Shown piece after piece: positions 1 to 9,421 of a stretch of DNA of 55,948 nt. Position 1 is the stretch's first letter; each line of letters starts with the position of its first letter. The position numbers and the translations under genes are program-made. Under the pieces are notes generated by a model, which saw nothing but the letters and a program-made list of their open reading frames with translations, had not been told where the DNA came from and made no database searches. The stretch is from a virus. Lineage: Duplodnaviria; Caudoviricetes. The DNA lies in the IMG/VR virus record IMGVR_UViG_3300017991_000130, positions 1 to 55,948 of that record. One strand, given 5' to 3'.

Positions 1-101
1 CCTTCGCAGACGAACTGATGTACGCGCCCGCGGGACACCCCCAACAAGCTGGCGACTTCACGGACGGAGTAATACCGTTCTTTGGGCTCCAGCACTTTCA
101 T
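1..101 (-). CDS. Excisionase/MerR-like helix-turn-helix DNA-binding protein (runs off the window edge); lies outside the att site
   Basis: Manual translation from ATG at 101: MKVLEPKERYYSVREVASLLGVSRGRVHQFVCE..., a typical 'YSVxEVAxLLGVS' HTH_17-like pattern. Not in the ORF track. Confidence 0.75.
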   Translation of the reverse strand, partial: MKVLEPKERYYSVREVASLLGVSRGRVHQFVCE

Positions 102-107
102 GCCCTT

Positions 108-137
108 ATTCTATTCGATCGCCTAGGCTTTTGTCAA
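108..137 (-). promoter_or_regulatory. Sigma70-type promoter, probably driving a leaderless transcript of the HTH gene
   Basis: Minus strand TTGACA (137-132), N18, TAGAAT (113-108); the ATG begins 7 nt downstream at 101. Confidence 0.6.
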
Positions 138-221
138 TCCAAGAGGCAGGTGGTGATAGGCTCCGAGCACGGGGCCTCCCGGGCGTTGCCGACACCGGGC
201 ACCTGCCGTGTGCCGTTTTCC

Positions 222-271
<50 letters not shown>

Positions 272-366
272 AGCGACAGCCGCGGATGGCAGAATTCGGT
301 GAGACCGAAAGCACAGCGGTAGGGCAATCCACCAACGAGGATAGCAAGAGTGCGCCCGCGACCACC

Positions 367-1650
367 CTACCGCAGGATAGCGTCTAAAGCGGCCGGGGTG
401 AGATTCCAGAAGGCCATTTCGCCACGGCCGCCGACGATCCAGTCCGGCCGCCCTAGATAGCGGTCGGCACAGTGCCGCTCCCAAGGCCGCTCATGATCGT
501 GCAGGGCGATGATGGGCCGCTGACCCGTCTTGTCTATGAGGCGACTTGTCCAGCGGATGGGCAGCTCGCGGCCCGGCTGCTGGGGCTTCGAGCCGGGCGG
601 GCCGTCGATTAGAACCAGGTCCCAGGCCGTCTCGCCCACGGGCCCGGGCAGCGGGATGTCAGGCACCGGTTCGCCTTTGACGGAGGGGTAGGAGTAATCC
701 AGCACCTCGCAGCCGTGCGCCCGGCTCTTGGCTGCCCAGCGGGGATCGTTCTCAATGAAGAGCGTCCGGCCACCGGCATTGAGCACCCGCCACAAGTCGC
801 TGTCGGCCCCGCAGCCCCACACCAGCATATTGCAGGACCGCTTCAGACACACGAGCTTGCCGACAGCCTCATACTGACCGCGGACACAAATGCCCTTGCT
901 CACGGCGCGGCAAAAGGCCCGATAGGCGGCGTGGGGATTGGCCATCGGGGCCAGATGGGGGTGATACCACTTTTCGTGTTCTTTGCGCGAGAAATGAAAG
1001 ATCGAGGGTGACGCCTTATGGCGGTCAAACCAATCGGTACGGCAGTTGTACTGCCGGGCGTCCAGGCGGTTGACCCGCGCCCTGGAAGCCACCATCGCCC
1101 GGCACATGGCCAGTTGGTCCACGTGCTCGAATCGCAGCCATTCGGCGTGCCAGCGGTCCAGGAGGGCCGTTGCTGCGGGCGAGCGATCGAAGACCACTAC
1201 CCCGTCGTTGTAGTGCGGAAAGTCCGGCCGGCAAACGGCCGCGGTGGCGTCCCGCTCGACGGCCAGCGTCCAGCCGTTCCAACGGTTGTCCGGCCGGCAG
1301 AGGTGCCCTGTGGTGCGGCACTGGTGCTCCTGGGCCATGGCCAGGTCGCAGCCGCCGAGCATTTCGGCCAGCGGCGGCAGCGGCTTGTGAACCACCGTGT
1401 CGTCGTCGAGATAGAGCGTGAGCCCCGCGAAAGGGCTCAGCCGGTGCATCTGCGTCTTGTAGTATCGGCTGCCATGCCGTGGTCGGGGGGGGCAGCGGAC
1501 CCACGTGAACGGCACATCGACCGGCACGTCGCAGACTACGTGTACGGGCAGCCCGGGGCAGTGGCGCTGGACGCTGGCAATGGCGTTGAACAGCCACTGC
1601 CGGCGGCTACTGCCAAGAGAGACGAAAAGCACGCCGTCGCCCTCGGTCAT
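367..1650 (-). CDS. Glycosyltransferase (GT-A fold, DxD) fused to a DUF579/glucuronoxylan-methyltransferase-like domain
   Basis: Start MTEGDGVLFVS at 1650 (ATGA overlap with the upstream stop). N-terminal half has TLYLDDDTVV, YNDGVVVF and DQLAM. C-terminal half has NMLVWGCGADSDLWRVLNAGGRTLFIEND and WDLVLIDGPPG. Confidence 0.75.
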   Translation of the reverse strand: MTEGDGVLFVSLGSSRRQWLFNAIASVQRHCPGLPVHVVCDVPVDVPFTWVRCPPRPRHGSRYYKTQMHRLSPFAGLTLYLDDDTVVHKPLPPLAEMLGGCDLAMAQEHQCRTTGHLCRPDNRWNGWTLAVERDATAAVCRPDFPHYNDGVVVFDRSPAATALLDRWHAEWLRFEHVDQLAMCRAMVASRARVNRLDARQYNCRTDWFDRHKASPSIFHFSRKEHEKWYHPHLAPMANPHAAYRAFCRAVSKGICVRGQYEAVGKLVCLKRSCNMLVWGCGADSDLWRVLNAGGRTLFIENDPRWAAKSRAHGCEVLDYSYPSVKGEPVPDIPLPGPVGETAWDLVLIDGPPGSKPQQPGRELPIRWTSRLIDKTGQRPIIALHDHERPWERHCADRYLGRPDWIVGGRGEMAFWNLTPAALDAILR

Positions 1651-2984
1651 CGGTGGGCCTCGAAAAAGGCAGCTTTTAGCTGCCCGACGTTCTGTGCCTC
1701 GATCTCGATCACATCCCGATTCGTGGCCCCGCGGACCATTTCGGCGGTCAGGTCCGGGTGGCGGGCCACCACAACCATGCCGTCGCGGTCGGCCTCTCGT
1801 AAGAGGTAGTCGCACCACTTGCGGAGCCGGTCCGGGCGGTCGGCCTCTGGCCCGCCGAACAGCTGCTGGAGGCCGTTGTCGATGCCCGTTGCCCTGTCTC
1901 GCCAATAGCCGGGGTGGAATCCGGCGGCGTGCAGCTCCTCGACCATCGGCCGCGGGCACCGCAAGAACACGACCGGGCTGGCTCGCAGCGACACCCGGGC
2001 CTGCATCCGTTCCCGGACATCGGCCGGCAGCGAGGCCATCGCCTCGTCGGCCGTCTCGCCGCGGACCTCGTAAACCGGTCCGTCCCATGCCTGCGAGACC
2101 AGCTCGGCGGTGGCCCGCGGGTGCCAGACGGTGGGCAGCAGTCCGCCTACACATTCGGCCTGGATCATCTCCAGCCAATGCCGCAGACTCCTGATGATCG
2201 GGCTGCGTTTCTTGGTGCTGAAGCACTTTGCCAGGCCGGCGTCAATGCCGTCGGCATCGTTGCACGACATTCCCGGATGAAAGCCCGCAACCCGCATCGT
2301 CTCCAGCGCGTCGCGCGACACGAAGGCCACCGCCACCGGACCGGCTGTTTCGTGTCCGGAACCGGTCCACCACTCGGCGGGCTTTTCATCGCCGCGGATA
2401 TCCGACCGGCCGCCGGCCTGACCGATCAACCACGGGTCCGGAGCGTAGACCGTCTGGAGGTGCTGCCAGTCGCGCATTCGCCAGTCGATGTGGACCGTCG
2501 CACAGCCCCAACGCCGCTGGAGGGCCCGCATATAGGGCTTTCGGGCGGCGTAGGCATGTGTCCGTTGGGCGTAACGCACCCGAACAACGCCGTCCGAAAC
2601 GGGAATCTGCGGGGCGTGGTGCTGGCCGCCCAGCATGATTCCCTGCCAGTCTTCTGGCACCTGTGGAAGAAACGCGCGGACCCGCGCGCCGAAATCCAGG
2701 GGCAAATCGGCATCGTCTTCCAAGACCAGGACGCTGGAGACGTTTTCCATAAGGCAGTCCTGGAGTATCCGCAGATGCGATTCCCGACAACCGAAGGCCC
2801 CCCCGCCCTGCGTGAATTCCGGCGGGACGCCTACCTTGTCGCCTTCGACGGCCGGGTAGACTTCGGGACCGTAAAATGGCCAGTCGCAGCAGTTGAGGCG
2901 AGAGAAGAAGGCCCGCAACCGGTCCGGCCGCCTCCGGAGGTTGATGACGTAGACCCGCTCGAAGAAGTCTTGGATCGGCATCAT
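1647..2984 (-). CDS. Family 25-like glycosyltransferase with C-terminal extension
   Basis: YVINLRRRPDRL, GAFGCRESH and VLVLEDDA are GT25 motifs; ATGA overlap at 2981-2984. Confidence 0.85.
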   Translation of the reverse strand: MMPIQDFFERVYVINLRRRPDRLRAFFSRLNCCDWPFYGPEVYPAVEGDKVGVPPEFTQGGGAFGCRESHLRILQDCLMENVSSVLVLEDDADLPLDFGARVRAFLPQVPEDWQGIMLGGQHHAPQIPVSDGVVRVRYAQRTHAYAARKPYMRALQRRWGCATVHIDWRMRDWQHLQTVYAPDPWLIGQAGGRSDIRGDEKPAEWWTGSGHETAGPVAVAFVSRDALETMRVAGFHPGMSCNDADGIDAGLAKCFSTKKRSPIIRSLRHWLEMIQAECVGGLLPTVWHPRATAELVSQAWDGPVYEVRGETADEAMASLPADVRERMQARVSLRASPVVFLRCPRPMVEELHAAGFHPGYWRDRATGIDNGLQQLFGGPEADRPDRLRKWCDYLLREADRDGMVVVARHPDLTAEMVRGATNRDVIEIEAQNVGQLKAAFFEAHR

Positions 2985-3274
2985 TCGGCGAGAACAGCAC
3001 TCCACTCAGGGCATTTCAAGTCGGGGTCTTCGAGCATTCGGCGAAACCGCCTTTGCCGGGCGCAGCCGTCGTAGACCGCGCAGCTATCGTCTCGGTAGTC
3101 CTCGCACTGGCGGCAGACCTCCAGCAGCCGGGCAATCTGTTCGGCAGTGCGATGCGGCCGCGGGGCCTGGCAGTTTCGCCGAGCCTTTTTTGTCAGAAGC
3201 CGGATACGGCTTGGGTCGCAGCGAGGACACCACCATCGCCCGTCAGAAAGCCGCTGAAGTTTGCAATCTATCAC
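2981..3274 (-). CDS. Small Cys-rich hypothetical protein
   Basis: Several CxxC motifs and a terminal CPEW; overlaps both neighbours by 4 nt. Confidence 0.65.
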   Translation of the reverse strand: MIDCKLQRLSDGRWWCPRCDPSRIRLLTKKARRNCQAPRPHRTAEQIARLLEVCRQCEDYRDDSCAVYDGCARQRRFRRMLEDPDLKCPEWSAVLAE

Positions 3275-3783
3275 GAAAGCGCCGTGATCAAACAGGTTGA
3301 TGCAGAATTGTCGCAGTATTCCGCGCCCGCAGGAGAGACTGCTTCATCTTCCCAACTCATGCAGTCAGGAGGATCATCATAGTCGTTGGACCACTGAAAA
3401 ACAGGTTGTTGGATTGTAATAAACTCGACTATCAACACGTTTCCGGTTATGATGCGGGCTTGCAAGGCAAGGATCGGTCCGTAGTATAGTCCTTCGTCAC
3501 ACCACGGCGTAGGAAAGGTGTACTTGAGGCCGCATCCGCCGAAGCCGGTCGGGTCGTCGAGAATGAAGCTATCGTTGGCGTTCGGATCGCACTCTGTGCA
3601 GTTGTCGTAGGGATCGCTTGAATTCCCGTTTGCCACACCGCTTATGTCCACCCGAAGAGAATTCGGGAATCCACAACTGCAATAAGAGCAATCCTGCCCC
3701 AGTGCATTACAACATGCCGGGGCCATGGCGATTTGGTTGCCGACCCAAAGGATATGGTTGTTATAAAACTGGATGTTTCCCAT
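3271..3783 (-). CDS. Cys-rich hypothetical protein, probably tail-tip associated
   Basis: Start MGNIQFYNN at 3783 overlapping the upstream stop; many Cys; distal position in the tail operon. Confidence 0.6.
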   Translation of the reverse strand: MGNIQFYNNHILWVGNQIAMAPACCNALGQDCSYCSCGFPNSLRVDISGVANGNSSDPYDNCTECDPNANDSFILDDPTGFGGCGLKYTFPTPWCDEGLYYGPILALQARIITGNVLIVEFITIQQPVFQWSNDYDDPPDCMSWEDEAVSPAGAEYCDNSASTCLITALS

Positions 3784-5561
3784 CAGGGACACGCCGTACC
3801 CGTATGTATATCCGTCCAACCCGACTCTGCGCCGCTGGGGGCCAAGATGTCGCGCGTCTTCATCTGGAGCGTCAGGTTGACCGTGTCCACCTGGTAGTCT
3901 GTCATCACCTCGATGTGGTTGACGTACAGCGTTACCCACCAGCGGCCGCTGATTCGCTGAATCAACACCCACATGCCGGAGGCCGCCGTAGCGCCGGCCG
4001 GCAAGATCATGTCGTCCGCGTCTACGTCATCGCCCGTGTCCGCCAAGGCGTTGGGTGGATCACTGTCCCAGATCGAGACAGAGGCCGTCCCGCCGGCCGA
4101 CATGTTTTCGTTCAACGTGCCCCACCAGATGGTCGTTGTCGGCGCGGCGCTTGACGATGAGGATTCGCTGGCGCTGCTTTCAATGCTGCTGGAACTGTAG
4201 CTCGGTTCCCAGGGGTCGAAGTGCAGCAGTTCCGAGTAGCCCCAATCGGCCGGCAGCGAGGCCACGCGGGTGTAGAAGGCGTACGGGGCGCCGCCCTCAG
4301 TCCCAAAATCTTCGCCGTTGGGGTCCTCTGAGCCGCGGGGATGGAGCCGCCCGCAGTGCCAGGAAACGGCGTCGTCGTAGCCGGTCGGCACCCACGCCTT
4401 GACGCCCGGACAAGAGAGGTCGTAGGTCTCCACGTCCAGCCAGGCATAGTAGTTCTGGGCGATCTGCTGCGCGAGGTCCTCCAGCATCGTGAGGTTGAGC
4501 GGATCGTCGGCGGTCTCGGCCGGCGACGGCGATGCGCCGGCGTCGAACTGGGCGGGCATCGTGTCGTAGAAGGTCTTTACGCGGTCGACCGACGGGCTCG
4601 GGGCGGAGATGTAGGCGTCGCCTGAAACCTCCACTGCGAACACCTCGCCGGCGTCGCAGGCGTGCGTAGTACGAGTGACGCCCGTGGGCGAGGCGCCTTC
4701 GTCCCAGGGCTCGTAGCGGGGGAAGACCACGCGGACGGCGCTCGGCCACCGGGAACGCTCATAGAGCGGGTCGGCAGCGGCCGGACTGCCGAAGTTTGCC
4801 CCTAGCTGATAGAGGCTGGTTGCCGGACCGGTGGACCAGAGGCGACCTTCGAGGTCCCGCGTCACCCGCTGGCCCACACACCAGGCGGCGGCGTCCATCA
4901 AAACCGCGGCGTTCTCGTGCGGCCGGGAGAATTCCGTAGGGTCCGGCGCCAGATAGTAGCCGGTCACCGCCTCGATCGAGTAGTTGTCGGTCAACTGGCT
5001 GGCCAAATGGTCAAGCAACTCGTCCCACGAGTAGCCGTCGTCTTCGTCGAACAACAGGTCGCCGGCACTGCGAAACTGCCAGAAGTAGCGTTCATCCACC
5101 AATGGCAGCAGGTGTAACCGCTCGCCGCCATAGTCGCCTGGACTGTCCAAAGGCCGCGGGGGCAAGCAGTGCATCATGGTCTGAACCGTCTGGCCGCCGG
5201 TTTCGACCTCGCTGATGACCAAGAGGGCGGCCCCGTCGGTCCCGTCGGTCTTGAGACTTCCTAGGATCAAGTCGAGCGACACCTGCCCGCACAGGAAGAG
5301 TCCGACGGCAAAACGACTTGCCCCCGTGGGCCACCACAGGGTATTGATGCGGAGCGATTGCGGCATCGACCAGTTTGCGGTAGGCAGCCCCACGCGATAC
5401 CGGTCTGAACCGCGCGGCACCCATCGGCCGTCCTGATAGGCCACCGGACCGTTGCCGAAAAGCCGCAGGTCCGACAGGGGCAAGGTCCGATCTAACCAGC
5501 GTGAAAGTCGGTACTGCGGGTCCTCCAGGAGCAACGGTCGGCCGGCATAGGTGATGGGCAT
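3783..5561 (-). CDS. Putative minor tail/baseplate protein
   Basis: 592-aa acidic ORF in the tail operon, with a Ser/Thr-rich linker near the C-terminus. Confidence 0.6.
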   Translation of the reverse strand: MPITYAGRPLLLEDPQYRLSRWLDRTLPLSDLRLFGNGPVAYQDGRWVPRGSDRYRVGLPTANWSMPQSLRINTLWWPTGASRFAVGLFLCGQVSLDLILGSLKTDGTDGAALLVISEVETGGQTVQTMMHCLPPRPLDSPGDYGGERLHLLPLVDERYFWQFRSAGDLLFDEDDGYSWDELLDHLASQLTDNYSIEAVTGYYLAPDPTEFSRPHENAAVLMDAAAWCVGQRVTRDLEGRLWSTGPATSLYQLGANFGSPAAADPLYERSRWPSAVRVVFPRYEPWDEGASPTGVTRTTHACDAGEVFAVEVSGDAYISAPSPSVDRVKTFYDTMPAQFDAGASPSPAETADDPLNLTMLEDLAQQIAQNYYAWLDVETYDLSCPGVKAWVPTGYDDAVSWHCGRLHPRGSEDPNGEDFGTEGGAPYAFYTRVASLPADWGYSELLHFDPWEPSYSSSSIESSASESSSSSAAPTTTIWWGTLNENMSAGGTASVSIWDSDPPNALADTGDDVDADDMILPAGATAASGMWVLIQRISGRWWVTLYVNHIEVMTDYQVDTVNLTLQMKTRDILAPSGAESGWTDIHTGTACP

Positions 5562-5576
5562 AGGCGGGCCACTCCG

Positions 5577-6083
5577 TCATTCGATCGAAAGATCCCAGTC
5601 AAAATCCGTCCCGAATCCGACGGCAATCATGGCGATTTTCGAGTCGGGCATGTATCGGGGCCGCCACGCCTGAACGGCGTAGAGCTGGGCGCGCAAGAGG
5701 GTGTTGTCTTCTTCGTCTGCCAGGTCGTGCCCCACCAATGCCACCAGAATCGCCTGTTTCAGCGGCAACATGCCGCGGTTGACCTTCTGGAGGATCTGTG
5801 TCGCCCGGTCGGCCGGATCGAGTGCGATGCGGGCGTAGGCTGTAACCGTAACGCTCGACATTTCCATAAGCTGCGCCGCCCCGCCGCCGACCTGCATCCC
5901 CTCGTCGAAGCGGCCGTCGCCCGGCGAGACCGTCAGAAAATAGTCGCCGCCTTTGGGAATCGGCGGATCGACCAGCGGCTCCAGCGTCTCGTAGCACCGG
6001 TGTTCGGGCAGCTCCAGCACGTCGCGCAGGCGGGCCACAATCCGCGAGAGGATCATGGCCTGGGTGGTGTCGATGCGGGTCAC
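5577..6083 (-). CDS. Putative tail terminator/completion protein
   Basis: GTG start overlapping the upstream TGA (GTGA); about 168 aa; size and alternating helix/strand pattern fit a tail completion protein (inference). Confidence 0.45.
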   Translation of the reverse strand: MTRIDTTQAMILSRIVARLRDVLELPEHRCYETLEPLVDPPIPKGGDYFLTVSPGDGRFDEGMQVGGGAAQLMEMSSVTVTAYARIALDPADRATQILQKVNRGMLPLKQAILVALVGHDLADEEDNTLLRAQLYAVQAWRPRYMPDSKIAMIAVGFGTDFDWDLSIE

Positions 6084-7138
6084 GCCACGGCCTCCTGCTC
6101 CCTGGACTCGTAGTAGCGCTCGACCTCCTCGGCCCCTCCGTTCTGGAGCCAGCCGGAAAAATCGGCCAGCCAGCGGGTGACGGTGCCGCCCGGGGCGCGG
6201 CGGAAGCGGTCGATGGCCTGGCCCGGGCGCTCGTCGCCGCAGCCGTCGGGCTGGAGGACCAGCTCCCACAGGTCGCGGCGCAGAAGGGCCGTTCCCTCAA
6301 ATTCCTCGGCGTGCCGCTGGAACCACTGCCACATGGCCGGCGTGTAACTACCCCACAGCCGATCGTGGAGGACGTGGCAGGCTTCGTGCACGCTCCGCGG
6401 CATCCTGGCGACCAGCGGGGCCAGGCCGTGCCGGCTGAGCTTGTTGACGACCGGGCCCACGAGATCATAAATGTCCTGGAACGGCAGCCGGCCGCCGTGC
6501 TCGAAGAATCTCAGGGCCTCCAGCCAGCCCCGCTCGGCGAAGAACACGTCCTCGAACCAGTGCGTGTCGGTCGGCTTCGGCTCGGGGTGCCAGTAGATCC
6601 AGGGCACCTGGCCAAAAAGGTCCCAATGGTCGCGGAGAAAGGCGAAGTAATAGTCGTCCACCAGCCGCGCGAAACAGTCGTTCAAGGGGTCGTGCACGTC
6701 GCGAATCCGCTTCCGCCAATCGAAGGTGTGGGCCACGATCCGCCGCAGATTGCCCAGGGCGATCATGGGCTCGTTTGCCGCCAGCCAGTCGCAGGCGTTG
6801 GCCAGCCGGTCGGGCCCGTGGATGTACTCGATGTGGTTGAACGAGACGTAGCGGCCGCGGATCTTCGGCCACACCTCGCGGACCGGGCGAACGACCTCCC
6901 AGACGGGATAGCCCGTGCTGTCGCGGTCCAGGTCGCAATCGACCACCTCCACCTCGAAGGGCTGCTGGCGGGCGAGCCGGCGGATCGAGTAGCTCGACTG
7001 ACGCTGGCTCATCACCAGGACCTGGAGGCGGTCGTGGACCGAGGGGTTCAGCTCCCGCACGGCGGCAAACCAGCGGTGGTCAATGGTGAGCGGCTTCTCG
7101 GCGTCAACGAACAGCAGTACGGTCAGATCGGGGAGCAT
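6080..7138 (-). CDS. Hypothetical protein in the glycan-modification cluster (possibly a divergent glycosyltransferase)
   Basis: 352-aa ORF tightly coupled between the sulfotransferase and a tail gene; the N-terminal LTVLLFV and IRGRYVSF segments are loosely GT-A-like. Confidence 0.5.
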   Translation of the reverse strand: MLPDLTVLLFVDAEKPLTIDHRWFAAVRELNPSVHDRLQVLVMSQRQSSYSIRRLARQQPFEVEVVDCDLDRDSTGYPVWEVVRPVREVWPKIRGRYVSFNHIEYIHGPDRLANACDWLAANEPMIALGNLRRIVAHTFDWRKRIRDVHDPLNDCFARLVDDYYFAFLRDHWDLFGQVPWIYWHPEPKPTDTHWFEDVFFAERGWLEALRFFEHGGRLPFQDIYDLVGPVVNKLSRHGLAPLVARMPRSVHEACHVLHDRLWGSYTPAMWQWFQRHAEEFEGTALLRRDLWELVLQPDGCGDERPGQAIDRFRRAPGGTVTRWLADFSGWLQNGGAEEVERYYESREQEAVA

Positions 7139-7141
7139 CGG

Positions 7142-7756
7142 TCACTGGTATCCAAAGGTCTGGTAATCATCGTGGAAGTATTCCTGCACCCGCCGGCGCA
7201 ACTCGGGCGCGTACCAGGTGCGATAGTCGATCGGCGGGCCGCTGGAGTTGATCACCGGCAGCGAAGGTGTCGGAGAAACGCAGGCCCACCGGCAGAAGCG
7301 ATCGAAATCCTCGGCGAGCGACTCGTACCTGCCCAGGAAATCGACCGCCAGCTCGCCGCGGTCGCAGAGGAGCGTGACCTGCGAAATGCCGGCGTGCCAG
7401 AGGGTGCCGTGGTGGATCGGTCGGTCGGCGGTGATCACGCGCTCGACGAACTCGTCGAAACCGAGGCGGCTCTCGGGGATTGCCCGGCAGCGGAGGCTGA
7501 TGTAGCGCCAGGCGGACGCCAGGCGTTCTTCAGGGTGGCGGACGAAGCCGGCCTTGCGATAGGCGGCAATCTCGGGCGACAGGCGGACAATGCGACTGAC
7601 CAACGACTCGCCCAGCAATTCCTCGGCCGACCAGCGACGGGGATGCGAGCCCATGTGGCGAATGAACCCCAGCGGCCTCAGAACTGCGGCCAGCGAGTGT
7701 CCGGCGACCTTGGGAACGCGGAACAGCGCTATCCGTCGCTTGCGGTCGGCGTACAT
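7142..7756 (-). CDS. Sulfotransferase family 2 (PAPS-dependent carbohydrate sulfotransferase)
   Basis: FRVPKVAGHSL (5'-PSB loop), FVRHPEERLASAW (3'-PB motif), DFLGRYESLAEDF and terminal DYQTFGY. Confidence 0.88.
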   Translation of the reverse strand: MYADRKRRIALFRVPKVAGHSLAAVLRPLGFIRHMGSHPRRWSAEELLGESLVSRIVRLSPEIAAYRKAGFVRHPEERLASAWRYISLRCRAIPESRLGFDEFVERVITADRPIHHGTLWHAGISQVTLLCDRGELAVDFLGRYESLAEDFDRFCRWACVSPTPSLPVINSSGPPIDYRTWYAPELRRRVQEYFHDDYQTFGYQ

Positions 7757-7757
7757 C

Positions 7758-8315
7758 TTACGGGCCTCCTTTCGGCCGTCCGGGGTCTTCGTCGTCTCGG
7801 AAGCAGTAGCGGAGGACGATCCGGTCCAGTCCGCCCGCGCCGGAGACCAGGGCGTAGCACTCCGGCTCCAGACCCGTCCACAAGGCCAGCGTGTCCAGTG
7901 AGATTGCACCGTGGTCGCCGTGCGAGGCCGGCCAGAGATAAGGGACGCTCAGCACCGCCCAATCGGCCACGCGACGGGCTTCGGCGAACGCCTCTGGCTG
8001 ATAACCGTCAAAATGTTCCCAGACCTGGAGGCTGACGAGCAACCGGTAACGGCCGTCAGCGATCGGCCACGGCGCCTGGCGGGCGTCGTGCCGGTAGGCA
8101 ATCGGGATGCCGTGGTCGCAGTTGTCCAGCGTGTCGCACCCCGGCACCAGCGGCAGCCGGTAGGGGCCGATCTCCAGCACGTCGCTGGGCTGCCACTCTC
8201 CCCAACCGGGAATCTGCCGGCACAGTCCGGCTGCCACCCGCATGTACTCCCAGCGGCCCGCATAGTACGGGTCGGCGAGGGCCTGTATTTGAGTGCGGGT
8301 GAGAAACTCTAACAC
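7758..8315 (-). CDS. Class I SAM-dependent methyltransferase-like protein
   Basis: GTG at 8315 after AAGGAG; VLEIGP, HDARQAPWP, LQVWEH and LSVPY motifs. Confidence 0.7.
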   Translation of the reverse strand: MLEFLTRTQIQALADPYYAGRWEYMRVAAGLCRQIPGWGEWQPSDVLEIGPYRLPLVPGCDTLDNCDHGIPIAYRHDARQAPWPIADGRYRLLVSLQVWEHFDGYQPEAFAEARRVADWAVLSVPYLWPASHGDHGAISLDTLALWTGLEPECYALVSGAGGLDRIVLRYCFRDDEDPGRPKGGP

Positions 8316-9409
8316 GACGGCTCCTTCTTCGGCCCCTCCCATTCGCCCAACGGCGTGCTGCCGGTGGTAAGGATGTCGGCAATCCGGTCTGCCGCGCGGC
8401 CGTCGCCGAAACAGTCGCAAGGACGGTTCATGGCGGCGAGTGCCTTGGCGTCGCCCAAAAGCCGATGGGCCTGATCGTAGAAAGCTTGCCCGGTCAGCAA
8501 CGTCACTCCGTAATCGACCGATTCGGGCCGCTCTGTTACCTGCCGGACCAGTAGCGTAGGCACTCCCAACACTGCCGCCTCTTCCTGCACGCCCCCGGAA
8601 TCAGTAATCACCAATGATGCCGCCGAGAGGCAGGTCAGAAAGACGTTGTGGGGCAACGGTCCTTTGAGCAGGACGTTGGGCCTGCCGTGACAGTACATTT
8701 GCGCGGCGTCGCCGATCTCCGGATTAGAGTGGACGGGCCAGACGAAACGAGTCGCCGGGTGTTGTTTGGCCAGCTTTCGCAGCGAGGCTGCCAGACGGGC
8801 CATGTGCGGCCAGTTTTCTCGCCGGTGGAGCGTTATGAGCACGGTCTGTTCAGGAGGCTGTCCATTCTGCTGCCGCTGGACGCCGAGCCGTTGTAAGCCG
8901 TCGACTATCGTGTTTCCCGTGAGGAAGACAGTGGCTCTTTCGATCCATTCGCCCAGACAGTTCCACACGGCGAGATCCGTGGGACAAAAGTGCCAATGGC
9001 TGATGGCGTCGATCTGCCGGCGGGTCATTTCTTCCGGCCACGGTTCACGGCCGCGGGTTCTGAGTCCTGCCTCTACATGGGCCACCGGTACGTCTACGTA
9101 CGCGCCGGCCATGGCTCCGGCCAGGTCGCTGATCGTGTCGCCCACAACCACCACGCCGTCATAATCAGTCACGAGCGGGGCAACCTGTTGGACCATGTTG
9201 CCCAAACGTGCCGCCAGGTCGCCGCGAGGGGGCGACAGACAATATCTGGGAGCAATTTCCAGGCTTTCCAGACAACAGTCGAACATCTGCTCTTGCTGCT
9301 TCAAGAGACAGACGTCGGCTACGGCGCCGCGCGACCGCAGCGCATGCACCACCGGTGCCAGCTTGACTGCCGACGGTCGTGTGCCAAAAGCTATGAGAAA
9401 TTGTCCCAT
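8309..9409 (-). CDS. wecB: UDP-N-acetylglucosamine 2-epimerase (non-hydrolysing)
   Basis: FGTRP..VKLAPV, VVGDT, HVEAGLRT, PWPEE, TGNTIVD, TLHRREN, TDSGGVQEEA, TERPE and FGDGRAA. Confidence 0.95.
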   Translation of the reverse strand: MGQFLIAFGTRPSAVKLAPVVHALRSRGAVADVCLLKQQEQMFDCCLESLEIAPRYCLSPPRGDLAARLGNMVQQVAPLVTDYDGVVVVGDTISDLAGAMAGAYVDVPVAHVEAGLRTRGREPWPEEMTRRQIDAISHWHFCPTDLAVWNCLGEWIERATVFLTGNTIVDGLQRLGVQRQQNGQPPEQTVLITLHRRENWPHMARLAASLRKLAKQHPATRFVWPVHSNPEIGDAAQMYCHGRPNVLLKGPLPHNVFLTCLSAASLVITDSGGVQEEAAVLGVPTLLVRQVTERPESVDYGVTLLTGQAFYDQAHRLLGDAKALAAMNRPCDCFGDGRAADRIADILTTGSTPLGEWEGPKKEPSC

Positions 9410-9421
9410 GCGGAGGCTTTC

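Noticed and set aside
1651-2226. N-terminal extension of the 619-aa ORF 367..2226
   Set aside because: Overlaps the GT25 gene in another frame and is Arg/Pro/Gly-rich noise; the ATG at 1650 gives a clean ATGA coupling.
6311-8035. Long plus-strand ORFs (also 1914..3074, 17504..18583, 21864..22991, 35480..36676, 37513..38973, 43724..45028)
   Set aside because: Antisense shadows of well-supported minus-strand genes in high-GC DNA, with no recognisable motifs.
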